64,000 nt of DNA. It comes from an uncultured Planctomycetales bacterium. GTDB lineage: Bacteria > Omnitrophota > Gorgyraeia > Zapsychrales > JBDRMG01. This document shows, in pieces, positions 47,767 to 57,052 of the stretch. Made by a program: the position numbers and the translations under genes. Positions within the stretch are counted from its first letter, which is position 1, and every line of letters starts with the position of its first letter. The notes below the pieces were generated by a model. It saw nothing but the letters and a program-made list of their open reading frames with translations, had not been told where the DNA came from and did no database searches. Location of the stretch: positions 23,186 to 87,185 of the forward strand of contig CAYZIY010000006.1 in assembly GCA_964478715.1 (NCBI GenBank), written 5' to 3'.

Positions 47767-48261
47767 CTAAGGACAAAAGCCTGAAGCAGAAATGCAGTTC
47801 GGATTTGTCGCGTCAAGAGGTTGATTGAGGTGAATATAGATTAAATAGGAATTACTAGGTTGAACTGTCGCGGGATTCATATTAGGACAAGTTCCTGTCG
47901 GGCGACAAACTCCGCAAATATGAATCTCTACCGGTACTCCTAGCCCTGTTGAACAGGCATATTGTTCATTATTATGAGGAATAATATTAAGATTGAGATC
48001 CGCATTAATTCCTTGAATATCTTTCTCAAAACCTGGTCCCCCAAAAGGAGGCCAGTATGTCTGCGTTTCTAATCTTCTAGCCTGTGCGGCCGCGTGGATC
48101 AAAAGGAGATTATCGATCGCCTGCCTGGCGTAAGAGCGTTCCCGCATTCTTGTTAAGTTGGGTAGGGCGAATGAAACCAGTACCCCGAGGATGACAAGAG
48201 TAACCAGTATTTCTGTCATCGTAAATCCGTTACGCGCATATTTTAAGGGACCTAAAAACAT
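47767..48261 (-). CDS. Type IV pilin-like protein (paralog of the previous gene)
   Basis: N-terminus MFLGPLKYARNG|FTMTEILVTLVILGVL with Glu at +5. Shares the LIH.A..A.R....YWPP/NGG...G..A.NA.LNLNI.P....Y.C block with the 47323-47757 pilin. Confidence 0.65.
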   Translation of the reverse strand: MFLGPLKYARNGFTMTEILVTLVILGVLVSFALPNLTRMRERSYARQAIDNLLLIHAAAQARRLETQTYWPPFGGPGFEKDIQGINADLNLNIIPHNNEQYACSTGLGVPVEIHICGVCRPTGTCPNMNPATVQPSNSYLIYIHLNQPLDATNPNCISASGFCP

Positions 48262-48275
48262 AATGATAATCTCAA

Positions 48276-48734
48276 TTAGAAACCAAGATCCCCGCATGGG
48301 GAGCCGGCTGCCATATCCCGGCATATAATTTTCCCGTTACTGCAGATCGTGAAACCGTAGTCATTCGTTCGCCGGTCAATGCTGGCGGCCTCAACTCCGC
48401 TGGGGCAGACACCCGGATTACCGGCATTGATGATATCCGGCGCCAAGAAATTACTTGAAGCCGCTTGATCGATATCTAAAGGCCAGCCGGCATTATCGCT
48501 GGAGTAGCTGTTATGGTCAAGGCGCCAGCGTTCTTGAGAGGCCAAGACGGCTTCAAGAATGCGGCGCCCTTCTTGTGCCCGCTGGCGTTCGATGATTTTT
48601 CCCATTTTCGGCAACATCAGGCCAGCGATTATTGCGGTCATCAAGATTACGACCAATAACTCTGTAAGCGAGTAGCCGCTTGAATATATTTTCTCAGAAA
48701 ATATATCACGGAAAACTCTAAAGGAATTAGTCAT
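48276..48734 (-). CDS. Type IV pilin-like protein
   Basis: N-terminus ...KIYSSG|YSLTELLVVILMTAIIAGLMLP with Glu at +5. Start codon uncertain; the ORF track gives 48782. Confidence 0.55.
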   Translation of the reverse strand: MTNSFRVFRDIFSEKIYSSGYSLTELLVVILMTAIIAGLMLPKMGKIIERQRAQEGRRILEAVLASQERWRLDHNSYSSDNAGWPLDIDQAASSNFLAPDIINAGNPGVCPSGVEAASIDRRTNDYGFTICSNGKIICRDMAAGSPCGDLGF

Positions 48735-49182
48735 CCAAGTTATCGAACTTGCCGTTACCTGCTTTCGCGCCATCTTCTTCAATTTCTATCCAGTCATCAT
48801 CATTGCCTGGTGTCGGTGTTCCGCTTCCGGCCAATCTCCGAGTAGCTCTAATTCTGAATGTGGTATCGGTATTATCCTCCGCAGTATAATTGAATAATCT
48901 TCTGGCTGGATCATTGGGATTTTCAACATCGCATCCTGGGCAAAGATTATCATTGTTTTCTGGATCTGCTGTTTCATCGAGGCAACTATTATAGGATCCT
49001 TTAACAAAATAACATCGCTGGAGTGACTGGCGCAACTCACCGAGTGTAGAGAGCGCTTCCATGGCGCGGGACTGCTCGATTGTGTTGGAAAAACGCGGAA
49101 TCGCCAAGCCGGCCAACACACCCATAATAATAATAACAATCAGAACCTCAAGAAGCGTAAAACCTTTTTTGGATAACATCAT
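48727..49182 (-). CDS. Type IV pilin (candidate major pilin, first in the pilin array)
   Basis: N-terminus MMLSKKG|FTLLEVLIVIIIMGVLAGLAIP (classic Gly-1/Phe+1/Glu+5), AAGGAGGA RBS upstream, and an acidic C-terminus. Confidence 0.65.
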   Translation of the reverse strand: MMLSKKGFTLLEVLIVIIIMGVLAGLAIPRFSNTIEQSRAMEALSTLGELRQSLQRCYFVKGSYNSCLDETADPENNDNLCPGCDVENPNDPARRLFNYTAEDNTDTTFRIRATRRLAGSGTPTPGNDDDWIEIEEDGAKAGNGKFDNLDD

Positions 49183-49297
49183 ACTTCCTCCTTCTTTTTC
49201 TTTATTCTTTATGGAATAATTCCAAAACATATTGACAATTCACTTTAATAGCATATTTTTCTTATCCGCACCCACCTCCTCTCGAGGATATATTTTT

Positions 49298-50527
49298 TTA
49301 AAGACTCGCGATATCAAATATTGGAAGATACATAGCTACAACGGCAATCAAGATAAACACACCCACTACGATGATCATCACCGGTTCGAAAATAGTCCCG
49401 AAGCGTTTTAAAAATGTCTCAACGGTTTTTTGATAAAATTCAGATACCTTGTTGAGCATTTTGCCCAGTTCACCGGTTTCCTCGCCGACCATAATCATTT
49501 GAACCGTCATCGGCAGGAAGAATCCGCTCTGGCCCATGGGCTCGGCGATCAATTTTCCTTCACGGACACTGCTTTTGATCTCTCCGATGGCTTTTTCGGC
49601 CGTTAAGTTATTCACCAGTTTTTGAGAAATATCCAAAGCGTAAAGGATGGGGACGCCGCTTTCAACCAGAATCGCCATTTGCGAAGTGAAGCGTTCAATC
49701 ACAAAAATCTTATAAATTTTGCCGAATTTCGGCAATAAAAACAGGATATTCTCAATATTACGCCGGCCGTTAAAAGTCAAAGTATATCGATGCCCTATAT
49801 AGAGTATAGCACCAAGACTGGCCAGTATCACGAGAAATCTGGTTCTAATGAGTTCAAAAAGACTAAGGAAAAAAAGCGTTAGTCCCGGCATATCCACATC
49901 AAAGGCGCCGTAAAGATCCTGAAACTTCGGGGCGATAACGATCGCAAAAAAGCAGATCGCCCCAAAAGCGAACAGGATGAGGAAAACAGGATAGATAACT
50001 GCCGAAACAACGGCCCGATTAAAAGCGTCTTGCTGCTCCAAATAGAATGCGAGTTTTTCAAGTACTTGCGGCATATTGCCCGAAGTTTCTCCCACTTCGC
50101 AAAGACTGACCCAGAATTGATTAAAAACTTTAGGATGTTTAGCAATGCTTGAGCTAAAAGAATTGCCGGCTTCTACCTCAAGGGCCACCTGAGTCAAGAC
50201 ATCAGCCAGCTGTTTGCTTTCGACCTGTTCGATAATGATCTTAAGACTGCGTAAAAGCGGAACGCCGGAATCCAGCATAGTAGCCATTTGATGGCAGAAA
50301 ATCAGTAAATCTTCAAGGCAGATACCACCGTGCGTGTAGGCTTTTCTATCGGCTCTTTTTTTGATTTGGGCCGATGGTGTGATGCCGGAAGAATAAGCCT
50401 CTATGGCAACAATATAGTATCCCTGATTTTGTAAACGCGTAATCAGAGTGTTTTCATCAGGGGCATCATCAGTTCCCTGAAGCGTTTTGCCTCCAACATC
50501 TTTGACTGTATAGGAATAACGTGGCAA
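49298..50527 (-). CDS. pilC: Type IV pilus assembly platform protein PilC (GspF family)
   Basis: Two T2SS-F domains and three TM helices, 409 aa. Confidence 0.9.
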   Translation of the reverse strand: MPRYSYTVKDVGGKTLQGTDDAPDENTLITRLQNQGYYIVAIEAYSSGITPSAQIKKRADRKAYTHGGICLEDLLIFCHQMATMLDSGVPLLRSLKIIIEQVESKQLADVLTQVALEVEAGNSFSSSIAKHPKVFNQFWVSLCEVGETSGNMPQVLEKLAFYLEQQDAFNRAVVSAVIYPVFLILFAFGAICFFAIVIAPKFQDLYGAFDVDMPGLTLFFLSLFELIRTRFLVILASLGAILYIGHRYTLTFNGRRNIENILFLLPKFGKIYKIFVIERFTSQMAILVESGVPILYALDISQKLVNNLTAEKAIGEIKSSVREGKLIAEPMGQSGFFLPMTVQMIMVGEETGELGKMLNKVSEFYQKTVETFLKRFGTIFEPVMIIVVGVFILIAVVAMYLPIFDIASL

Positions 50528-50543
50528 GCTTGACTCCTAAAGT

Positions 50544-52250
50544 TTAAATCGTTACACTTAAGATTTCTTCCAGACTCGTAATGCCTTCAGCTACTTTTTT
50601 CATGCCGTCTTCAAAAAGGGTAATCATGCCGTTTTTACGGGCCAGTTCTTTGATTTCCACATAGGAAGCCTGTTTGTAAATGATGCGGCGGATATCGTCA
50701 GTGATATTCAAAATTTCCGTGATAGCGACTCGCCCCTTGTAGCCGGTTTGGTTGCATTCTTCGCAGCCCTTAGGGCGATAAATAAGATCCGCATTGATTT
50801 TGATGTCAGAAAATTGCTGTTTTTCGGGCTCATAAGCCTCTTTACATTTTTCGCACAAGCAACGGGCCAGGCGCTGAGCAACAACCATGTTCAAGGAAGG
50901 CATCAGAAGATAGGGTTCGACTCCGATATCCAAAAGCCTTGTGATGGCCGACGATGCATCATTAGTGTGCAGTGTGCTTAGAACCATGTGGCCGGTTAAA
51001 GCGGCCCGTACGCAAATTTGAGCTGTTTCCAAATCGCGCACCTCACCGACCATCATAATATCCGGATCCTGACGCAGGAATGACCGCAAGGCTGAGGCAA
51101 AAGTTAAGCCGATTTCCGGCCGGACATTCACTTGATTCAGTCCGTTAATTTTAAACTCTACTGGATCTTCGATGGTCATGATATTCTTTTTCGGATCAAT
51201 CAGTTCTTTGAGGGCGGCATAAAGAGTTGTAGACTTGCCGCTTCCCGTAGGCCCTGTTACAAAAAAAAGTCCATAAGGAGATTTGATTGATTTTCTGATT
51301 TTCTCCAGAGATTTGGGATCAAATCCCAGGTGAGATAGCTGCAGAGGCGCTGCCTTTTGATCTAAAATTCGCATGACTACTTTTTCTCCCCAGACGGTGG
51401 GGACAGTTGAAATACGCAAGTCAACGGTACGGTCTTCGAGCCGTACCATGATGGCTCCATCCTGGGGCAGGCGCTTTTCGGCAATGTCCAGCTTGGCCAG
51501 GATCTTGATGCGAGAGACAATCGGCAGATGAAGGTGACGGGCCGGCGGCGGGATTTCATAAAGAACCCCGTCGATGCGATAGCGCAATGACAGACGATCT
51601 TTGGTCGGCTCCACGTGGATATCGCTTGCCCGCTCATCAATAGCCTGACGGATAATCAAATCTACCAGTTTGACCACCGGGGCTTCTTCGGCCCTGGCGA
51701 TCAGCTTGTCGAGGCTCAGCTCTGTTTCTGCTTCTCTGCTGAGGATGCTGGAGCGTTGCGTGGCCGATTCATAGGTACTTTGAACTGCTGCTCCGAGCAT
51801 AGAAGAATGACTTTCGCTATAGAATTCTTCTATCGAATGAATAATATCTGATTTTGTGGCCAGCACAAGATTGACTTCACATCCGGTTATTTTCTTCAGA
51901 TTATCCATCAAGAGCAGGTCCAATGGATCAAAAACAGCGCAGGTGAGCGAATTCAGATGGCGCGATAAGGGCAAAACCAGATTCTTCTGGGAAAATTCCT
52001 TGGAAATTAAATCTTCCAGGCCTTGATTGGGCTGAGGTTTGAGCAGTCCCCCTTGGCGTGAGGCATAAGGGATATTGAGCTGTTTAGCGAGAGCGGTAAT
52101 CATTTCGCTCTCCTTAATCATACCCAGGCGAATAAAGATTTCACCGATACGCCCGCCCTCTCTTTGCTGATGGGCAATGGCTTCTTTGAGTTGTTTTTCG
52201 GTAATGAGCTCTTGGGCTAATAATATTTCACCCAGTTTTTTATAAGTCAT
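50544..52250 (-). CDS. pilB: Type IV pilus assembly ATPase PilB (GspE family, with N-terminal T2SSE_N domain)
   Basis: N-terminal GSPII_E_N-like domain, Walker A GPTGSGKSTT, and a tetracysteine motif (CEKC...CEEC). Confidence 0.9.
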   Translation of the reverse strand: MTYKKLGEILLAQELITEKQLKEAIAHQQREGGRIGEIFIRLGMIKESEMITALAKQLNIPYASRQGGLLKPQPNQGLEDLISKEFSQKNLVLPLSRHLNSLTCAVFDPLDLLLMDNLKKITGCEVNLVLATKSDIIHSIEEFYSESHSSMLGAAVQSTYESATQRSSILSREAETELSLDKLIARAEEAPVVKLVDLIIRQAIDERASDIHVEPTKDRLSLRYRIDGVLYEIPPPARHLHLPIVSRIKILAKLDIAEKRLPQDGAIMVRLEDRTVDLRISTVPTVWGEKVVMRILDQKAAPLQLSHLGFDPKSLEKIRKSIKSPYGLFFVTGPTGSGKSTTLYAALKELIDPKKNIMTIEDPVEFKINGLNQVNVRPEIGLTFASALRSFLRQDPDIMMVGEVRDLETAQICVRAALTGHMVLSTLHTNDASSAITRLLDIGVEPYLLMPSLNMVVAQRLARCLCEKCKEAYEPEKQQFSDIKINADLIYRPKGCEECNQTGYKGRVAITEILNITDDIRRIIYKQASYVEIKELARKNGMITLFEDGMKKVAEGITSLEEILSVTI

Positions 52251-52256
52251 ATCAGT

Positions 52257-53756
52257 TCATCTCTCAAAGCGGTCTAAAGCGTTTTCAACAACAGATTCCC
52301 GGTGAAAGGAATATTGTTTCTTAAAAAAAGATTCCTGAGTCAGGAGTGCGGATTGGACAGACTTCATATCAGGCAGAATATGCGGTGTAATAAAAATAAC
52401 CAGTTCCCGTTTTGTCTTATTATCATCTTTATGCCTGAATGCCATTCCCAGAATTGGGATTTTAGAAAGAATAGGAATGCCCGTTCTTGTTTTTTCACTA
52501 TCGTCTCTCAGCAAACCTCCGATAACGATGGTTTGGTTATCCGGTACACGCAAGATGGATTTTGTTCCTCTTTCTTCCGCGTCTTTGAATGTCTGCCCTT
52601 GAAAAGTGCCGCCTGTGCGGGCTTCGATGACCCGGGGTTGAATCGCCATGGTAATTTCTCTGGTTTCTAAATTGGCTTGAGGCGTGACAGTGAGAAAAAC
52701 ACCTGTTTCGACACGTTCCGCTTCAACGGATAAAGTGGAAGATCCTTCCGAGGCCTGGGTAATCGTCTTAATTCCGATAGCTTCATCAGTTGAGATCATG
52801 ATTTCGGCGGTTTCATTATTGAGAGTGAGAATTCGCGGTCGAGCCAGATTTTTGGTATCCGTATGGGTTTTTAAAAATTGCAAGGTGGCCGTCAGCCCCG
52901 AGGCGTCGATGGTGCCGGACGTATAAGTTGAGCCGGTGACCGAGCCTTTACGGACAAGCTCATTTTGATCCCAGGGATAATAATGGGTACGGCTGCCACC
53001 GGTAAAAGAAAGCGGTGTCGCTCCCGGTTTAATCCCCATCAAATCGGCAATAGATTTGCTAATATCAAGCATCTCCACTTCGATCAATATCTGTGGAATC
53101 GGAACATCCAGTCGGGCGATGGTTTGCTCTATGGCCGGGAAACGGTCGGGATAATCGCTGACAATAAGACTGTTGGTTCGGGGATCTTCAACAACCTCTC
53201 CTTCATTCGATAATACTCTTTTTAAGGCTTCCTTAATGCCTTTATCTTCCGATCCCCCTCCGTCGCTTGAGGAGCTTTCCGATGAGTCCTCTTCGCCTTC
53301 CGCGCTTTCAATAGTAAAAGTATCTTTTATTTTCGAATTGGATACGCTGGAATGTTTGAGGCGGTAGACCCGGGTAGTTAGTTGGGTAGAGACCGGGCCA
53401 AGCGATTTGACAATAAAGATATTGCTATCAGATTGAAGCTCGTAGGTTAAGTTATTAGCCTTTAAAATACGGTTTAAGGCTTCCTCTACCGGGACTTTTT
53501 CGAAATAAAGGGTGACTTGTTTGCCTCGGATTTCATCGGCGGCAATGAAATTCATGCCGGATTGCTGGGAAAAGATCTTCAGTACATCCGAAAGCTCAGC
53601 GTCTTCAAAGTCCATCGAGATCGTTTTGTCGTACTGGGGATAAATAAAACGCTTTAAGATATCATCCTCAAAGGCCGAAGCCGAAAGGGTTGATATCACA
53701 AGGGCAACACTAACAGAAAAAATAACAGCGAATATTTTTTTCATGGCACTCCTCAC
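52257..53756 (-). CDS. pilQ: Secretin (PilQ/GspD family)
   Basis: Signal peptide, N0/secretin-N domains and the C-terminal secretin motif VPILSKIPILGMAF...ELVIFITPHIL. Confidence 0.85.
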   Translation of the reverse strand: MRSAMKKIFAVIFSVSVALVISTLSASAFEDDILKRFIYPQYDKTISMDFEDAELSDVLKIFSQQSGMNFIAADEIRGKQVTLYFEKVPVEEALNRILKANNLTYELQSDSNIFIVKSLGPVSTQLTTRVYRLKHSSVSNSKIKDTFTIESAEGEEDSSESSSSDGGGSEDKGIKEALKRVLSNEGEVVEDPRTNSLIVSDYPDRFPAIEQTIARLDVPIPQILIEVEMLDISKSIADLMGIKPGATPLSFTGGSRTHYYPWDQNELVRKGSVTGSTYTSGTIDASGLTATLQFLKTHTDTKNLARPRILTLNNETAEIMISTDEAIGIKTITQASEGSSTLSVEAERVETGVFLTVTPQANLETREITMAIQPRVIEARTGGTFQGQTFKDAEERGTKSILRVPDNQTIVIGGLLRDDSEKTRTGIPILSKIPILGMAFRHKDDNKTKRELVIFITPHILPDMKSVQSALLTQESFFKKQYSFHRESVVENALDRFER

Positions 53757-53768
53757 TTTATATTCTAT

Positions 53769-54143
53769 TTATAATTTATCGATTTTGAATTCTTTTCCCA
53801 TAAATCTGATCGAGATGCCCGTTGGTGAAATATCAAGGATTTCGGCTTGATCGATGGAATCTCCGATGCTGACAACCTCATCATTGACAATGGCTTGAGG
53901 CTTTTTCGTGTCCCAAATGAGACCGCTAATCGTCAAGGATGGGGGTATAATTTCTTCGGGAATTTCTTTTCGAATTTTAGTTTTGGGAGTAACTTTCTCC
54001 GTTGTCTCAATCGGCTTCGGCTTCTTGGGCAATTGCGAAACAAAAGGATTCTGAAATCTCAGATCCCTCCTTTCAAGAGCACAAGCCAAATGTGTTTGAC
54101 CGAAGAAGAGAAGACAGCTTAAGAAAGTGATGAATATCCTCAT
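53769..54143 (-). CDS. PilP-like periplasmic pilus assembly protein
   Basis: Signal peptide, Pro/Lys-rich linker and a C-terminal beta-domain (GLIWDTKKPQAIVNDEVVSIGDSI...). Position between pilO and pilQ. Confidence 0.5.
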   Translation of the reverse strand: MRIFITFLSCLLFFGQTHLACALERRDLRFQNPFVSQLPKKPKPIETTEKVTPKTKIRKEIPEEIIPPSLTISGLIWDTKKPQAIVNDEVVSIGDSIDQAEILDISPTGISIRFMGKEFKIDKL

Positions 54144-54754
54144 GGTTGTCCTTCCTTGAAATTGATGGCAACGATATTAATGTTAGCTGTTATCTTATCT
54201 TCGCCTGGGGGATCTGTAAAAGAAAAATAACTGCTTCTTCTGGTAGATGAGCTTCCCATTTCAAAATTGTCGACTCTCAAATTTATGTTGGCGTTTTCCA
54301 GATCATAAATGAAATAACCGATCTGCTCATACGAATCAGCTCGGACCACCAGTTGCATCTGGATCGGATAAAAAAATTCGGTCTCGCGGGATCTTTGGGG
54401 TGTGTAATCAGAAATTTGAATATTGTTAGCGGTAGCCAGCTGGTTGATCTTCCCGATCAAATCATCCACTGTTTCCGGCCCCTGTGGCAGAGATGTTCTG
54501 ATGCTATTCAGGTCCTTTTCGGTCGCGTTCATTTTTTTAACAGCTTTTTCTTTTTGTGATAATTCATTGATTTCTTGTATTAAGGTTTCTTTTTCCTTTT
54601 GGATGTATCCGGATATTTTCATTGCCATAAATAAAACGGCCAGAATGATAACGATATTGGCCAAGATGTCTTTGCGCATTTTCAGCTGATTGATGATCTT
54701 ATTGATATCAATGTCTTTAATATCGTATTCTTTAAGATCCTGGAAAGTGAGCAT
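54140..54754 (-). CDS. PilO-like inner-membrane pilus alignment protein
   Basis: Short cytoplasmic N-terminus, one TM helix, a coiled coil, then a periplasmic domain. Position between pilMN and pilP. Confidence 0.55.
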   Translation of the reverse strand: MLTFQDLKEYDIKDIDINKIINQLKMRKDILANIVIILAVLFMAMKISGYIQKEKETLIQEINELSQKEKAVKKMNATEKDLNSIRTSLPQGPETVDDLIGKINQLATANNIQISDYTPQRSRETEFFYPIQMQLVVRADSYEQIGYFIYDLENANINLRVDNFEMGSSSTRRSSYFSFTDPPGEDKITANINIVAINFKEGQP

Positions 54755-56296
54755 TTATTCGCACCTGATTTCAAAATGGGTTGACACGATATCATCTTCC
54801 TGGTTTTTGCGAACCGAGACCAAAACAATATTATCAAATTCAGCAGAAAATTCTTTGTTACGCCGCAGGGAATCGACGAATTCATTGATCACTTCCACCT
54901 GGCGTGATGAGTTTTTGTCATAAACCTGTCCTTGCAGAGAAACCACGGGGGATATTATGTTTGCGTTTTGATCCGTTTGGGATCTGGCGCGTTTTTCTCT
55001 CATTTCAATTTTCATATTATTGAGCCAAGCCCCTTTCGGAAGAAGCTGGGGGATCATGTTCAAATAAAAGGCGGTGTGCGTTTTTACCGGAACACTCTTA
55101 TAACCGTTGATTTTTCTTTCTAGTTCGATTTGCTTGCTTTGAATATCGCGGATTTTCAAGGCTTCCAATGGCGTTATTTGCTGGATAATACTCTGCTTGC
55201 GCTTCCTGACTTCATTTAATTCTCTATTTTGCCAGCTATAAAATATGCCAAGCAGAACAGCGCAAGCGACAGCGATCTTGATGGTGAGCTGAAAATCTAC
55301 CGGTGCCCATTCGACAGGGGCTTCCTTTTTTTTGGGTCTTCGCTCTCTTTCGGATAGATCGACTTTAAAAGGAAGCGGAATTTCTTGGCGCAAAGTTATA
55401 CCCATTGCCTGGAGACAACCCAGATCAATGCCCTGCTTCGATTCAAATAAACCTTGAGAACTGACAGCGGTTGTTTTGACACCAAGCGCTGTTTCAAGAT
55501 CTCCGGTTCGGCTTTGATTGATATCATCTGTAAGGAATAGAATCTCATCGACCTTTGCTTGAGAATGTTGACGGCGATAGTAGTCGAGCGATATTCTGAT
55601 TTCGTTTATCAGGTTGGTTTTTAGCGCGGCCTGGTCAGCGCTCAGGCTGCTTTGATCGGAAGAAAGCTTAAAATCTCTGATGAATTGTGGGGATTCGGAG
55701 TCGATAATCATAAGACTCCCAAACAGATTATTGAGCTGCAAAACAGCAGAAGTTTTTTTGGGTTGGATGATTTTCTTAGACCGCAGAAGTCTTAAAAGAC
55801 CGATGGGCGCCGGTTCGATGAATCCGACATCCAAGCCAGACTGCTCGATCAGTTCCCGGTATTTCCTGACAATCTCCTTGCGGACAGCAATGAAAAGAAT
55901 TCTGATGCGTCGGTTTTTGTTTTCTTTGACGGTTTGGGTGTGATAGCTGAATAATAATTCATCGAGTTTAAAAGGAATATAGCGACGCACTTCAAATTCG
56001 ACGACTCCTTTGACTTCTGAGCTGGTCATCCAGGGGATGTAGAAAGATCTCAGAATTATTTCATGACTAGGCAAAGCCAATAAGACATCTTGGTTTTGGA
56101 CTTCGTGATCTCTGAGGCATCGTTGGATGATTGCAGCTAATTTGATGTCATCGTCAATATTTTGAATGGAAGGCTGCTGCGTATTATCGAAAAGGCTATG
56201 TGGAGCCGAAAAGCAAAAAAGGCATTCTTTCTTTTGAGTCTGAACCATATTCAACGAATTGATTCCGAAATAGATACCGAGTTTCTTTTTATTCAT
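54755..56296 (-). CDS. Fused PilM (actin-like ATPase fold) and PilN (TM plus periplasmic domain) protein
   Basis: 513 aa. N-terminal 330 aa are PilM-like. Then a TM helix (IKIAVACAVLLGIFYSW) and a PilN-like coiled-coil/periplasmic region. Confidence 0.7.
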   Translation of the reverse strand: MNKKKLGIYFGINSLNMVQTQKKECLFCFSAPHSLFDNTQQPSIQNIDDDIKLAAIIQRCLRDHEVQNQDVLLALPSHEIILRSFYIPWMTSSEVKGVVEFEVRRYIPFKLDELLFSYHTQTVKENKNRRIRILFIAVRKEIVRKYRELIEQSGLDVGFIEPAPIGLLRLLRSKKIIQPKKTSAVLQLNNLFGSLMIIDSESPQFIRDFKLSSDQSSLSADQAALKTNLINEIRISLDYYRRQHSQAKVDEILFLTDDINQSRTGDLETALGVKTTAVSSQGLFESKQGIDLGCLQAMGITLRQEIPLPFKVDLSERERRPKKKEAPVEWAPVDFQLTIKIAVACAVLLGIFYSWQNRELNEVRKRKQSIIQQITPLEALKIRDIQSKQIELERKINGYKSVPVKTHTAFYLNMIPQLLPKGAWLNNMKIEMREKRARSQTDQNANIISPVVSLQGQVYDKNSSRQVEVINEFVDSLRRNKEFSAEFDNIVLVSVRKNQEDDIVSTHFEIRCE

Positions 56297-56335
56297 TATA
56301 GTGTAAAGAATGGTTCATCATTTAGTATAAGCGAT

Positions 56336-56527
56336 TTAAGAGCGTGCTTTACGGGCTCTCGAGCGCAGCCAACGATCAATTTCTTTCTTATCGAATCTCC
56401 AGACGCCTCCGATCTTGATCCCCGAGATCTTTCTTTGATTGAGCCAATTGTAAATGGTTTGCTTCTGGAGCTTTAGGTAGTTTGCCAGCTCATCGACATC
56501 CATTAAGCTGTTAAGTCCACGCGGCAC
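56336..56527 (-). CDS. Small HTH_17/excisionase-family DNA-binding protein at the head of the pilMN-Q-B-C-pilin gene string
   Basis: VDELANYLKLQKQTIYNWLNQRKISGIKIGGVWRFDKKEIDRWL. Ends 40 nt upstream of pilMN. Start is GTG at 56527 or the internal ATG (MDVDEL). Confidence 0.6.
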   Translation of the reverse strand: MPRGLNSLMDVDELANYLKLQKQTIYNWLNQRKISGIKIGGVWRFDKKEIDRWLRSRARKARS

Positions 56528-56591
56528 AGGAAATATCTTCCTTTCTGGAAGTACGGTTCTTTGATTAGAATTAGTTAACCTTCTATTTTTT

Positions 56592-56620
56592 ATTACACTA
56601 TAATAAACTTACTTGGTCAA
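56592..56620 (-). promoter_or_regulatory. Putative sigma70-type promoter for the HTH-pil operon
   Basis: In an AT-rich 186-nt gap, minus strand: TTGACC, a 17-nt spacer, then TGTAAT. Weak call. Confidence 0.3.
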
Positions 56621-56713
56621 TTATAAAGTTCCCTATTTTTCAAAATGGTCAAATTTTGGAAAAATGAAAATACTTCTCGAAGCGGATTTTGGCTGGAGTC
56701 AAGCGAAGGAATC

Positions 56714-57052
56714 TCAATAGGATATCGTGATGCCTACCTCATCGGTTCCGCTGGGTCCGGCCCCTGCGGAATTAGCGACATTGACCGAAAAATCTTTTCC
56801 ATCTAGAGTTTCGCTGGGAGGAACGAAGGGTCCAGGATTACCCTGGAGCGTTCGGTAAGTGTAATGGTACCACAGGGCTCCCTTGGCTAGTTCTTCGGCT
56901 TTGATGCGGTCGATTTGATGTTGTGAATAAATTGCTTTTGAATAATTGGTGCTCACGACCCCCACGGTTACAATCATCATCGCGATGGAAAGAATGATCA
57001 CCAAAACCAAAACGACACCTTTACTATTTCCTGAAATCTTCATGCTTTTCAT
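56714..57052 (-). CDS. Small membrane-anchored protein with a PilX_N-like hydrophobic N-terminus (possible minor pilin/pilus-associated)
   Basis: N-terminus MKSMKISGNSKGVVLVLVIILSIAMMIVTVGVV with no Glu at +5. Gly/Pro-rich C-terminus. Confidence 0.35.
   Translation of the reverse strand: MKSMKISGNSKGVVLVLVIILSIAMMIVTVGVVSTNYSKAIYSQHQIDRIKAEELAKGALWYHYTYRTLQGNPGPFVPPSETLDGKDFSVNVANSAGAGPSGTDEVGITISY

Noticed and set aside
46196-49230. Long N-terminal extensions of the pilin ORFs as given by the ORF track (for example MFKLHARTSL..., MPGYGSRLPMRG..., MFWNYSIKNKEKEGGS...)
   Set aside because: Prepilin leaders are short and basic. Internal Met codons 5-12 residues before the G|(F/L/Y/V)xxxE site give canonical leaders and remove the gene overlaps, so the shorter starts were used.
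49183-49297. Hairpin (tcctcgagagga) between pilC and the first pilin as an internal terminator or attenuator
   Set aside because: The stem is only about 5 bp with a 2-nt loop and lacks a following U-tract. It is not convincing as a terminator, though the region probably carries the RBS (AAGGAGGA) and possibly an internal promoter for the major pilin.
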